DNA of 20,000 nucleotides from an uncultured virus (IMG/VR IMGVR_UViG_3300030336_000001) (IMGVR_UViG_3300030336_000001); one strand, 5' to 3'. Shown: positions 6,744 to 15,268, counted from the first letter of the stretch. The notes: generated from the sequence alone by a model not told the origin. Translations and numbers: made by a program.

Positions 6744-9008
6744 TTAGCTCACATAGGTTAGTTCATGGATTGCCCTGGTGACGCCAACATAGAGGAGGTT
6801 ATACTCCTGTTCCAACTGCCATGCCATCTTGGCCGAGGGGTGTGGGCAGGGTGACTCCTCTGGTTGTAGGAAGTACACCCGTTCAGACTCAAGACCCTTG
6901 GCCTTGTGAATACTACTGAACTTGACGCCAGGACTGACGGTGTCGTCTGTGAACAAGGACTTGATCTTGTGGATCACCCCCTCCACCGTTAACTGACCAT
7001 CGGTGAAGCACATCACACAGTCAGCCCTGTCATTGATGCCCATGATACGGGTCTCTGAAGGCATCTTCTTCGCTTGCTCCTTGGTTATCTCACCGAACCT
7101 CCACTCGTCCAGCTTACCAATCAAATCAGGCACACTCTCAGCACCCATCCTGTTGACGAGATTGACAAGGTCATCACCGATCCTCCTCCCTTGTATCATG
7201 GCTCGCCTACCCTTCTTGAGAAGGCGGAAGCACTGGTTAACCAGTGGTGCGTTGGTTCTGCACAACACCATGTCACCGTCCTTGGTTGTTGGTAAGTAAG
7301 TATCCTCGTATGGAATCTCTCGCACACCCTGATCCCAGTAGTTACTCGACCGCTGAGTGGTGTACTTACCGTGACTGATCTTCCCTTCGTGCGTGTCGGG
7401 GAAGTAGGAGAAGTCTGGTACGATACGCCTAGCCTCCTCTACGATGGCCTTGCCACACCGTCTGGTAACGGTGAGGGGTAACTCCACACAACCGGCAGGG
7501 GTGTCATCCAACTCCTTCAGCATGCGAGCCATGCTCTGAGTATCGGCTCCAGTGAAACCATATATAGCCTGCCTGTCGTCACCGCACATGACCAACCGCT
7601 TACCCATCTTCCTAGCAAGGGCGTGTTGGCACCTGCCCAAGTCCTGGAACTCGTCGATCAGGAGCAGGTCGTATCGGAACACTGGTAGGTCCAGGATGAC
7701 AGGCAACCAGACCATGTCAGAGTAGTCGATCATACCCCTACTCTTCGGATCCTTGCACTTCTTGAGTATGTCAGGCACCAACTCCAGCAGGTTGTCACGA
7801 TGAGTACCAACCTCCACGTCGTACCTGTCGATCAGGTAGTCCAGATTATCCTCAGTTGGGTCACTGAGTGTGACCTTACAGAGCCGTACCAACTCTGCCG
7901 CAGCCGATGGTAGGATTGGGTCTTTCTCCCTGAGTACCCTAATGTCCAGACCAGTTAGTTCCTCCATGATCAGGTATGTTACTAGTCTGTCATCGTCGGG
8001 CACCTCCAGTTTACCCATCGACTTGAGTACCGACCGGTAACCCAGACCGTGCATAGTCTTGGCCTCTACTCCTTGAGGCACCCTGTCTTTCAACACCCTT
8101 GCGATAGACGTATTGTATGCACACATGCAGATGAACCTGGCACCCTTACTCTCCTCCAGAGAATCCCATACCAGAGCCTGTTGCTCTGATGGTGTGATCT
8201 TGGGGATGCCGCCAGTCACCATGTCCAAGCCACCGATCAGAGTTGTAGTCTTACCAGTACCAGCCCTCGCCTTCACCATCAGGTGTGGTGGTAGTCCACT
8301 ACGACGATGTTCTCTGGAGGAAAGGGGATCATGTTCATGGGCTACCACTGTAGGCTCAGTCCCACTATTCGGTATAACTCGGAGGGGCTTTTTGATCTTG
8401 CTTCTGAGCATTGCGGATAGTCCAGACTTGCCACCACCGGTTGATCTCGTACTCCCTGGTTCGGCAGAGTTCTCGCTGGTGTCGTTCGTACCAGTTGACG
8501 GTGAACTCTGAGAACTCGCCTGCGATCTCACCACAGGGGTTGAGGATGGCTGGTACTGTGAGGGTTGGGTAGGGTCCGGGCTATGCTCACCCTCAGATTC
8601 ATCGGTGATATCGACATCCGTATCTTCTACAGACTGCACACCACCTTCGGAGGGGGTTGTAGATGTTTCGGTAGGGTTTGCTTCCTCGCTGATCTTCCCA
8701 TCGAGAGTAGCCTCGCTCGCCTCCGCGAACGGGTCATCCACCACGGTGATAAGGTCTGGAGCTTCAACCTTCTTCACCTCTACTCCAACCCTACCAGTGT
8801 TGTTACTCCCGCCGTAGGGCTGTACCTCTACACGGAACTTCTGTGCCGAGCGGAACACAACCTGTCTCTTGGTGGTAAGGTTGGTACAGTAGTAACGCCA
8901 ACCCCTACCACGGAACCCTTGCTCAATACGGTCCACTCTTACCGTGGTGAGTTTATCACTCACCTTGGCCCTGTAGGTCTTGCCAATCTGAATCTCGTCG
9001 TGTCGCAT
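6744..9008 (-). CDS. UvrD/Rep-family SF1 DNA helicase with an extra N-terminal domain and disordered linker
   Basis: ARAGTGKTT, AYN, KTMHGLG, IDYSDM, LLIDEFQD, GDDRQAIYGFTGA, TRRC, LCRTNA, SIHKAKGLE and NLLYVGVTRA motifs. Confidence 0.93.
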   Translation of the reverse strand: MRHDEIQIGKTYRAKVSDKLTTVRVDRIEQGFRGRGWRYYCTNLTTKRQVVFRSAQKFRVEVQPYGGSNNTGRVGVEVKKVEAPDLITVVDDPFAEASEATLDGKISEEANPTETSTTPSEGGVQSVEDTDVDITDESEGEHSPDPTQPSQYQPSSTPVVRSQASSQSSPSTGTNDTSENSAEPGSTRSTGGGKSGLSAMLRSKIKKPLRVIPNSGTEPTVVAHEHDPLSSREHRRSGLPPHLMVKARAGTGKTTTLIGGLDMVTGGIPKITPSEQQALVWDSLEESKGARFICMCAYNTSIARVLKDRVPQGVEAKTMHGLGYRSVLKSMGKLEVPDDDRLVTYLIMEELTGLDIRVLREKDPILPSAAAELVRLCKVTLSDPTEDNLDYLIDRYDVEVGTHRDNLLELVPDILKKCKDPKSRGMIDYSDMVWLPVILDLPVFRYDLLLIDEFQDLGRCQHALARKMGKRLVMCGDDRQAIYGFTGADTQSMARMLKELDDTPAGCVELPLTVTRRCGKAIVEEARRIVPDFSYFPDTHEGKISHGKYTTQRSSNYWDQGVREIPYEDTYLPTTKDGDMVLCRTNAPLVNQCFRLLKKGRRAMIQGRRIGDDLVNLVNRMGAESVPDLIGKLDEWRFGEITKEQAKKMPSETRIMGINDRADCVMCFTDGQLTVEGVIHKIKSLFTDDTVSPGVKFSSIHKAKGLESERVYFLQPEESPCPHPSAKMAWQLEQEYNLLYVGVTRAIHELTYVS

Positions 9009-9042
9009 GTCTATTCTCCCTGGTTAGGTTTAATACTCCCCA

Positions 9043-9051
9043 ATTATAACA
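9043..9051 (-). promoter_or_regulatory. Possible extended -10 promoter upstream of the helicase
   Basis: TGTTATAAT on the minus strand in the 9009-9059 gap; no good -35. Confidence 0.45.
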
Positions 9052-9059
9052 GAGCGGGG

Positions 9060-9341
9060 TTACTCTTCATACCGATCAGGGTCAAGCATCTCGTATACCA
9101 GACACGCCTCGGTTATGTCTTCCTCACTACGCCCCTCCTTCTCAGCCACCGCCCTGACCGCAGCCCTTGCAGCCTCCGCGTACTCGTGGCTGATCTGCCA
9201 GTCGTCGCACTGTCCATCCCTGTAGTGCTGCCAGATCAGACCCTGTATCCTCCGAGGAACCATAGCCCAGTGCTTCCTGCACATGAGCATCTCCGGCTTG
9301 ACTGGTGTGTTACAGCATGCGGCGTGACAGGTGTGTGCCAT
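9060..9341 (-). CDS. Small Cys/His-rich phage protein
   Basis: HTCHAACC...LMCRKHWAMVP pattern; abuts the HNH gene. Confidence 0.75.
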   Translation of the reverse strand: MAHTCHAACCNTPVKPEMLMCRKHWAMVPRRIQGLIWQHYRDGQCDDWQISHEYAEAARAAVRAVAEKEGRSEEDITEACLVYEMLDPDRYEE

Positions 9342-9761
9342 TTAGGTTCTCCTATACTTGCGTCTAGTTGGGTTGTACTTCTTACGCTTGTGCTTCGGTT
9401 TGTACATGGGACTCTTTGGGTCGGTGTACATCTTGATGCGTAGCATACTGGTAAGCCTTCCCTGTGCTGCCCAGAAGCTACGCTTTCTATCTCTACTGTC
9501 AAACTCAACCTTGTAGTGACAGCTTTTACACAGAGGTATCAGTGGCTCCAGGTCCATGCCGACCAACACTTCTCTGGAGTAAGAGGTATGGTGTATCTCA
9601 CTGGCCCTGTTAAGACAGCACCTACACTCTGTACCCTTCAATACTAGTACCCTGGTTCTGATGGTTGACCACAAGTCACTCATCAGGTAGGACCAGTATG
9701 ATGGGAAGCCTAGTCTCTTGAGTACAACATCTCTCTTCTGATACTCTGTTAGCTCTTTCAT
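9342..9761 (-). CDS. HNH endonuclease
   Basis: YWSYLMSDLW..IR..VL, CRCC...EIHHTSY...LIPLCKSCH. ATG 9761 has a GGAG upstream; the ORF extends to 9791. Confidence 0.85.
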   Translation of the reverse strand: MKELTEYQKRDVVLKRLGFPSYWSYLMSDLWSTIRTRVLVLKGTECRCCLNRASEIHHTSYSREVLVGMDLEPLIPLCKSCHYKVEFDSRDRKRSFWAAQGRLTSMLRIKMYTDPKSPMYKPKHKRKKYNPTRRKYRRT

Positions 9762-9866
9762 CTTAAAACTCCACTCTTTCCTCCATCCCAACAGCCGCCG
9801 TCCACCACTAAAATACTCCTTTCTAGAGTAGAAATCAAGGGGCGGCGGCGATTCCGGTAGTCAAAA

Positions 9867-10151
9867 TCAATTGCCGGGGAAGATTAGTAGTGGTATGAAC
9901 TGTGGCTCCTCATCCTTGGGCCAGGTGAGGGGATCATACTCCATGATGCGACCATTGCGGAGTACGTACCGTTCTGGTCGGGAGTATCTAGGGTAGTTAG
10001 AATCACTATCCCTCTCAGCCTTACCGTAGAACTCTATCTCTTGTAACTCCATAGGCTCGTAGTCAGAGTGTAGCCTGTACATAACCCCGATGACCGTGTC
10101 CTGTGGGTACTTCTGCAGATGCTCGATCAGTTCCTTTACAGTGATCATCAC
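9867..10151 (-). CDS. Hypothetical protein, paralog of 6445..6741
   Basis: Colinear similarity to 6445..6741; GTGA overlap with the upstream gene. Confidence 0.8.
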   Translation of the reverse strand: MMITVKELIEHLQKYPQDTVIGVMYRLHSDYEPMELQEIEFYGKAERDSDSNYPRYSRPERYVLRNGRIMEYDPLTWPKDEEPQFIPLLIFPGN

Positions 10152-10417
10152 ACAATTCTCCAGTGCTCGGGAAAGAAGGTAGGCTTGCGCTCAGGTGCCA
10201 CCTCGATGCCACTCAGTCTCATCCGGTTGTGGTAGGCACAGAACCATGAGGCTATGTCCTGTTGGTTCTCATTCCACGACCGGACGGTGGTGAGTATCTC
10301 TTCGTACGCTTCGTGGTTCATCTCCAACTCATTGGCCCACTGACCCGGCTTCACTTCCACTATGAAGTACAGGTTGTTGGTTATGGTCCTGGTGGGGTCG
10401 TAGTCTCTGGTTGACAT
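10148..10417 (-). CDS. Hypothetical protein
   Basis: 89-aa ORF, AGGAG SD, translationally coupled to the next gene. Confidence 0.7.
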   Translation of the reverse strand: MSTRDYDPTRTITNNLYFIVEVKPGQWANELEMNHEAYEEILTTVRSWNENQQDIASWFCAYHNRMRLSGIEVAPERKPTFFPEHWRIV

Positions 10418-10426
10418 TGAACTCTC

Positions 10427-10846
10427 CTAGAAGTCGATGTCGGGTGGTGTGATAACGTCTTCGTCTTCGTTTGGGCCTTGCTCCTCACTATCATGAGAGC
10501 TGTGCTCATCAACAACGCCGTTGGTTCCCGGATGTTTCCAGGGTGAGGCAGTCTGCTGACTATTCTTGCGTGGTGGCCTGGCGTTTTCCCTAGATTGGTT
10601 CTCCTTGGCCTGTGCCTCACGCTCTTTAGTAAGGCAAGGGTTGGACCAGCTGATCCTGGCACTGTCGTAGTACATGCAGATCCACAGCCCACCCCTACCC
10701 TTCTCCAGTGCTGAGTAGACCAGGGTGCCGTTGTCGAAGCACCGGACCGTACCCGCCTCCTGATCATGGTTGGCCTTGCACCCCACGTTCTTCAACCGGG
10801 TGATCATCTCCTTCACCTCGGCCTTTGTCATCACTGATACTGGCAT
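10427..10846 (-). CDS. Hypothetical protein with a disordered acidic tail
   Basis: 139-aa ORF with AAGGAG SD. Confidence 0.75.
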   Translation of the reverse strand: MPVSVMTKAEVKEMITRLKNVGCKANHDQEAGTVRCFDNGTLVYSALEKGRGGLWICMYYDSARISWSNPCLTKEREAQAKENQSRENARPPRKNSQQTASPWKHPGTNGVVDEHSSHDSEEQGPNEDEDVITPPDIDF

Positions 10847-10858
10847 GTCATATCTCCC

Positions 10859-11224
10859 TTAGTACTCATCCAGGTCGAACTCGTAATCACCGTCCACGAA
10901 GGAGTCGGTGCCGTCGTGGTCATACTCCTCTTCAAGGAACTCTTCTTGTTCCTCCCAGCATCTCAGGTCATCGTCGTACTCGGCTCTCGTCTCGTAGATG
11001 GTAGCGAAGGTGCTACCCGTATAGCCTACGCAGTGGTCGTTACCGAACGTACCCCAGTAGATAGTCAATGATTCCTCATCACCGACGAACCACTCTCCAC
11101 TAAGGGAACCGTACTCGTACTGTTGGTTACGGAACTCAAAGTCATCTGCTAGTTCACAGATGCTCTTCAGACCGGCATTGTTCCAGTCTTCAACGTGGTA
11201 TGCTCTGATCGTAGTCGTGCCCAT
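10859..11224 (-). CDS. Highly acidic hypothetical protein, DNA-mimic candidate
   Basis: About 33 D/E versus 5 K/R in 121 aa (manual count); AAGGAG SD. Confidence 0.75.
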   Translation of the reverse strand: MGTTTIRAYHVEDWNNAGLKSICELADDFEFRNQQYEYGSLSGEWFVGDEESLTIYWGTFGNDHCVGYTGSTFATIYETRAEYDDDLRCWEEQEEFLEEEYDHDGTDSFVDGDYEFDLDEY

Positions 11225-11238
11225 TCTCTGTTGCTCCT

Positions 11239-11430
11239 TTACTGTAGGTTCTTGTTGAAGTCTTGAGGGTGCGGATACATGAACATACCCGACTCTATTG
11301 CCTCGTCCTGGTTATCGAAGGGACCGATGAGCATACGCCCATCGTCCACGTACCACTGATTGTCAGACTCACTCATGACCACCGTCCATATCTGGAACAT
11401 GATTGCACTCCTGTTTACTCTCCTAATCAA
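11239..11430 (-). CDS. Hypothetical protein; start may be ATG 11400 after AGGAG
   Basis: ORF in the operon; WYVDDG..IGPF...EA pattern. Confidence 0.65.
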   Translation of the reverse strand: MIRRVNRSAIMFQIWTVVMSESDNQWYVDDGRMLIGPFDNQDEAIESGMFMYPHPQDFNKNLQ

Positions 11431-11661
11431 TCAACTCACCTTCTCTACTCTACGGTCACACACGTCACAGCCACTTAAGTACCCTATCCAGTGTGTGTAT
11501 TCTAGTGCCAGCTCTGCCTCACGTATGGTACGGAACCTTGCCAAGCGTTCGTTGTTACTGTAGACACTCCACCAATAGTGTCCTGCCCTGCACAGGTATA
11601 GCCTCTCGGCCTTGCGATTGGGTTCCCTATTTCGGGTCAACCATCCTGTTATGATGTGCAC
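11431..11661 (-). CDS. Hypothetical protein
   Basis: GTG start with GGAGG SD; C-terminal CDVC. Confidence 0.65.
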   Translation of the reverse strand: MHIITGWLTRNREPNRKAERLYLCRAGHYWWSVYSNNERLARFRTIREAELALEYTHWIGYLSGCDVCDRRVEKVS

Positions 11662-11793
11662 TACTAATCGCCTCCATCGTTGTCACACATGGTACTATCC
11701 TCCAGAGAACCGGGGTGGGCGATACCCCGGAGTTAGGTTACTTACTGATCTACTCTACGTAGCAGTCCTTGCCCATCTCTAGTCTCCTCGGGT

Positions 11794-11997
11794 TCAACTG
11801 TCGTCCACGTTCTCATCTAACACGTCTTCAATAGCAAGCACCTCGTCGTTGTGTGGACAAGCGTGCCGCTCCGCTAGTTCTCTGGAGGAAAATACCCTAA
11901 CACAGTCCATGAACATGGTGTAGGCTCCCTCCTCTACAGTCTCATACTCACTGAGGCAGCGGTAACGCTTGCTTAACCTGTGTTGTATTAGGAACAT
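11794..11997 (-). CDS. Hypothetical protein (MFLIQHR...)
   Basis: ORF 11794..12009; start moved to ATG 11997 after GGAGGT. Confidence 0.65.
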   Translation of the reverse strand: MFLIQHRLSKRYRCLSEYETVEEGAYTMFMDCVRVFSSRELAERHACPHNDEVLAIEDVLDENVDDS

Positions 11998-12053
11998 TGC
12001 TACCTCCATCGTGATTGCTTGTTGTTCATACTGTTGCTATCATTCATAGAACC

Positions 12054-12257
12054 TCAGTTTACCTGCTGGAACTGGTCGAACTCTTGACCGCTGATCGGCA
12101 GCCGCTTCATCAAGCGAACGAACCGGTGAACGTCGGCCATCTTGTCGTTCACTATCTGTTGGTTGGTACCGTGTGTAGACCAGCCATAGGTCTCTCGGTA
12201 GTACGGCACAAGTACTCTGCTAATCCACTTGGCTATGCCAGGTGTGTAGTGGTCCAT
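12054..12257 (-). CDS. Small protein, 'F....R[LM]P....E' family member
   Basis: YTPGIAKWI ... FVRLMKRLPISGQEFDQF. Confidence 0.7.
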   Translation of the reverse strand: MDHYTPGIAKWISRVLVPYYRETYGWSTHGTNQQIVNDKMADVHRFVRLMKRLPISGQEFDQFQQVN

Positions 12258-12265
12258 TACTACCC

Positions 12266-12496
12266 CTAGAAGGTGTCTTCGTCTATGTCCTTGGGCTGAA
12301 CCTTGGGTAGTGGTGCCTCAGCCTTTGGTTCCTCTTCAGGAACTACCCTTGCCGGAGGCATCAACTCTGACGCCCTGACCTTACGCTCCAGGTCACTGAT
12401 CTTCCACCACAGCATGGTTACGATGATCATTATGGAGATCATGGCCATCGTGTTGACGATCATGTACAGACTCACAAGGAACTCTTGGTCTTTCAT
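12266..12496 (-). CDS. Single-pass membrane protein
   Basis: Hydrophobic stretch FLVSLYMIVNTMAMISIMIIVTMLWW followed by a charged tail. Confidence 0.75.
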   Translation of the reverse strand: MKDQEFLVSLYMIVNTMAMISIMIIVTMLWWKISDLERKVRASELMPPARVVPEEEPKAEAPLPKVQPKDIDEDTF

Positions 12497-12705
12497 AGCA
12501 CGTCTCCAGTATAGAAGTCTAGCCAGCTAAGGTATTCGTAGCCGTCGGTTGGTAGTCTACCGTGCACCATCTTGAAATGACGCACGCCGTTGTAGTACCC
12601 CTCTACAAGATCGTATGCGTCACCGTCGAACAAGTCACCTATGTCGGTGAGGAACTGAGGCATTACAGTAATGATCCATTCTTGTATGGAGGTGTCGTAC
12701 ATCAC
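12493..12705 (-). CDS. Small protein, 'F....R[LM]P....E' family member
   Basis: YDTSIQEWI ... FKMVHGRLPTDGYEYLSW; 4-nt overlap with the next gene. Confidence 0.7.
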   Translation of the reverse strand: MMYDTSIQEWIITVMPQFLTDIGDLFDGDAYDLVEGYYNGVRHFKMVHGRLPTDGYEYLSWLDFYTGDVL

Positions 12706-12712
12706 TAGCTAC

Positions 12713-12976
12713 TTACTCGGGGTCGGTGTTGATGAACTGGTCAAGCTCTGCCTTGTCGTTAGGCAGCCGTTGCTTGCAGAACCTGAACGAGTTGGTATAG
12801 TAGAACAGGTCGTCGTAGCCACTACGATCCAGACTAATGGCGTACTCACTCCAGTCCTCGACGTGCTCCAACATCCACTCATGAACCGGTGTGTAGTACT
12901 GTTCTCGTACCCTGTTCTCTACATCACTACGGTTCCGGTTCTCGTAGTGCATCAGGTCACGGTTGGTCTTGCTCAT
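12713..12976 (-). CDS. Small protein, 'F....R[LM]P....E' family member
   Basis: YYTPVHEWM ... FRFCKQRLPNDKAELDQF; ATGA overlap with the upstream gene. Confidence 0.7.
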   Translation of the reverse strand: MSKTNRDLMHYENRNRSDVENRVREQYYTPVHEWMLEHVEDWSEYAISLDRSGYDDLFYYTNSFRFCKQRLPNDKAELDQFINTDPE

Positions 12977-13179
12977 CGCTCATCCTCCGGTTTGTGTACT
13001 ATGGGATCAAGGCGACACTCTTCTTCTGCCATCCTTGCAGCTAGTTTGCACGTCAGTCTAGCGTCCTGCTCACCACTACCCTTGCCTATTAGGTCCACCC
13101 ACTTGCTACCGTCGTGCCACTGGGGGTAGTATCCCTTGCTGAACGTCCAGGCGATACGGTAGTTGTACTGCTCACCCAT
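12973..13179 (-). CDS. Hypothetical protein
   Basis: 68-aa ORF, GGAGGAG SD, TAATG coupling. Confidence 0.7.
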   Translation of the reverse strand: MGEQYNYRIAWTFSKGYYPQWHDGSKWVDLIGKGSGEQDARLTCKLAARMAEEECRLDPIVHKPEDER

Positions 13180-13286
13180 TACTCTCCTCCCTCATAGATG
13201 TCGTTGTCCATCTCTACCACTATTACGGTCAGTGCTGCTAGTCCAAGCAGTGTGACCAGCACAGCCAGTACGATTGTCAAGAGCAT
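13179..13286 (-). CDS. 35-aa membrane peptide (MLLTIVLAVLVTLLGLAALTVIVVEMDNDIYEGGE), not in the ORF track
   Basis: Translated by hand; GGAG SD; stop overlaps the next start (TAATG); one hydrophobic segment. Confidence 0.7.
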   Translation of the reverse strand: MLLTIVLAVLVTLLGLAALTVIVVEMDNDIYEGGE

Positions 13287-13338
13287 GGTATTACTCTCCA
13301 GAGAGGGGGGCCGGGCGATAGCCCCAGGTTAGGACTGG

Positions 13339-13518
13339 TTACGACGGGTAGGTCAACTGCTCGATACGCTGGGCGATCTTGAATCGCCGTGCCTTGCGTC
13401 GGTCACTCATCAGCTTGACTCGCTGTCGGCTGTCGTTGCGTGAGCTACCAGTCCTGGTGTGGGTACGGTGAATGCTCATCGGCTCGCGGGTGGACTCGAT
13501 GCTGTTGTCGTACTGCAT
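13339..13518 (-). CDS. 59-aa Arg-rich protein (MQYDNSIESTREP...RRKARRFKIAQRIEQLTYPS), not in the ORF track
   Basis: Translated by hand; AGGAG SD; fills the gap between genes. Confidence 0.7.
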   Translation of the reverse strand: MQYDNSIESTREPMSIHRTHTRTGSSRNDSRQRVKLMSDRRKARRFKIAQRIEQLTYPS

Positions 13519-13565
13519 GTCTAGCTCCTGTGAAGGGCGATGGGTATAGGGCGACTAGGGTTGGG

Positions 13566-13778
13566 TTACTTGCTCTTCGGGAACACCTGCTTGACCTTAC
13601 CCGCCAAGGGTAAGACCTGTCGGACCTTGCCCTCATCCATGTTGTAGCCGACCAGTTCGGCAGCATCCAGTTGGTTGTTGTGGTACGCTGCCTTCAAGTC
13701 ACGGAGGTTACGGTAGGTCTGGCCCACGAACTTGCCGTGTCGGTAGCCAGAGAGATAGTATCGTGTCTTACGTGCCAT
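13566..13778 (-). CDS. Small basic hypothetical protein
   Basis: 70-aa ORF with AGGAG SD. Confidence 0.7.
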   Translation of the reverse strand: MARKTRYYLSGYRHGKFVGQTYRNLRDLKAAYHNNQLDAAELVGYNMDEGKVRQVLPLAGKVKQVFPKSK

Positions 13779-13831
13779 GTTATAACTCCTGTACTGGTAA
13801 TGGGTTGCGTCGTTACGTCGTTGGTTAGGGG

Positions 13832-14443
13832 TTACTTACGGGACCACACCACACTGATGTACTTGCTCCCCTTCTTGATGAAACGCTCGCCGTCGTCACC
13901 CTCTGTAACCTTGAACGTAGGCTGCTTACCAACTGGGATGTACCTGAACCTCTTGCCCTGCTTCACCCGGTAGTAGAGATCTCCCTCATAGTTGGGCTGC
14001 TCTGCCTGCTCGATTGGGGTAGTAGCAACCTGCCCGACGACGGGTTGTTCTTCAACAACTGGCTGCTCTTCGACCGGCTCGGTAACCCCGTTCACCGACT
14101 GGATGACAAGCACCACTTCACGCAGTACCTCTGGGGTAGTGACTGGTGGCTCTGTGCCAGGGTCATACGACTCGATGCTGCACAGACCCGATGGCATGGA
14201 TCGACTGAGCATCTCGTTGCGTCGGGCATCGACCGCCTCCCGCTGTTGCCGGTAGTAGGACATGGCTGGTAGGGCGAGCAGTGCAGAGATCGTGCTCATC
14301 AAGAACTGCCAGGCATCGGCTATCACCTGGCGGTCAGCTCTCTGGAGGAAACCACTGAACATGGCACCCAGGTACATGTCGAGGGTGGCGTCGATGCGGG
14401 AGAGGTTGGACTCGTTGCTGCTGTAGATGCGGTTGGTAGACAT
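13832..14443 (-). CDS. Hypothetical protein: helical N-terminus, EEQPVV-repeat linker, basic/aromatic C-terminal domain
   Basis: 203-aa ORF, GGAG SD; tandem EEQPVVEEQPVV. Confidence 0.75.
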   Translation of the reverse strand: MSTNRIYSSNESNLSRIDATLDMYLGAMFSGFLQRADRQVIADAWQFLMSTISALLALPAMSYYRQQREAVDARRNEMLSRSMPSGLCSIESYDPGTEPPVTTPEVLREVVLVIQSVNGVTEPVEEQPVVEEQPVVGQVATTPIEQAEQPNYEGDLYYRVKQGKRFRYIPVGKQPTFKVTEGDDGERFIKKGSKYISVVWSRK

Positions 14444-14526
14444 CGTTCACTCCGTACGTTGGTTAGGACTAGGGTATAGGGCGAGAGGTGGGCGACTGGT
14501 TAACAGTAGGGCATAGGCGTTGCTCT

Positions 14527-15225
14527 CTAGTAGGTGCTGACCGACACGGTGACGTAGGTAGGGGAGAACCCGGACTGCTGGGTGACATTCACCTCCACCT
14601 TCAGGTTGGATTCTGGCAGGTCAAGCAGGGCGTCTCTTGCTACCAGTGCTGACTCCTCAATGCCCTCACACTCGGACACCTTGTACTTGACGCTGAATCC
14701 CTTGGCGTTGCCGTTCATGGCCGACGGCTTGCAGCCGGTCATGTCTCCCAGTACCTGCATTACACGCAAACCCAGTGGCTTGAAGTACTTGCGTAACACG
14801 GACATCCTGTTCATGCTCTTGTGTTCCCTCACGTACTCGACGTACTGCTTGTAGTCGAAGAACGGGTTGGCTGCTGATCGCTTGGCTCGCCTGGCGTACA
14901 CCCCGTCGATGTACTTGCGTAGAGCAGTGAAGAACCGGATACGCTCTTCATCAGGTACCAGATTGTACAGAGTGTAGCTGTCTGGTAGGCACTCGTCAGC
15001 ACCTAGTAGCTTACGTGCCAGTGAGTCTGCCTTCTTGTGCCACTCGCTCAGTTCCCCCATGGTAACCAACACCTCGCTGGTTTGGATAGGAGTGACAGCT
15101 GTTCGTTGGGTGCTGTTCGTGTACTGGTCGTGCCAGTACTGGGCACTCTCTAGGTCTGTGTACTCGTAACGGCGCGGGTTGGCCACGTAGAGCCACGTCA
15201 CGTAGAACGAATGAACCGTAGTCAT
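14527..15225 (-). CDS. Hypothetical protein (MTTVHSFYV...)
   Basis: ORF 14527..15294; start moved to ATG 15225 after GAGGTG, which removes the overlap with the upstream gene. Confidence 0.75.
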   Translation of the reverse strand: MTTVHSFYVTWLYVANPRRYEYTDLESAQYWHDQYTNSTQRTAVTPIQTSEVLVTMGELSEWHKKADSLARKLLGADECLPDSYTLYNLVPDEERIRFFTALRKYIDGVYARRAKRSAANPFFDYKQYVEYVREHKSMNRMSVLRKYFKPLGLRVMQVLGDMTGCKPSAMNGNAKGFSVKYKVSECEGIEESALVARDALLDLPESNLKVEVNVTQQSGFSPTYVTVSVSTY

Positions 15226-15268
15226 GGATACACCTCTGTTGGTATGGGTCGTGCTAGTCAAGAACCAG

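Noticed and set aside
39..9443. Plus-strand ORFs opposite the DNA-metabolism genes (e.g. 4185..5048, 8565..9443)
   Set aside because: They are antisense to better-supported minus-strand genes and show no recognisable motifs of their own.
9342..9791. Intron- or intein-encoded endonuclease
   Set aside because: Flanking genes look intact and no splice elements were recognised; treated as a free-standing HNH gene.
10381..10767. 128-aa alternative-frame minus ORF (likewise 3906..4199, 4196..4468 and 13445..13666)
   Set aside because: Each overlaps better-supported genes that have SD sequences and tight packing.
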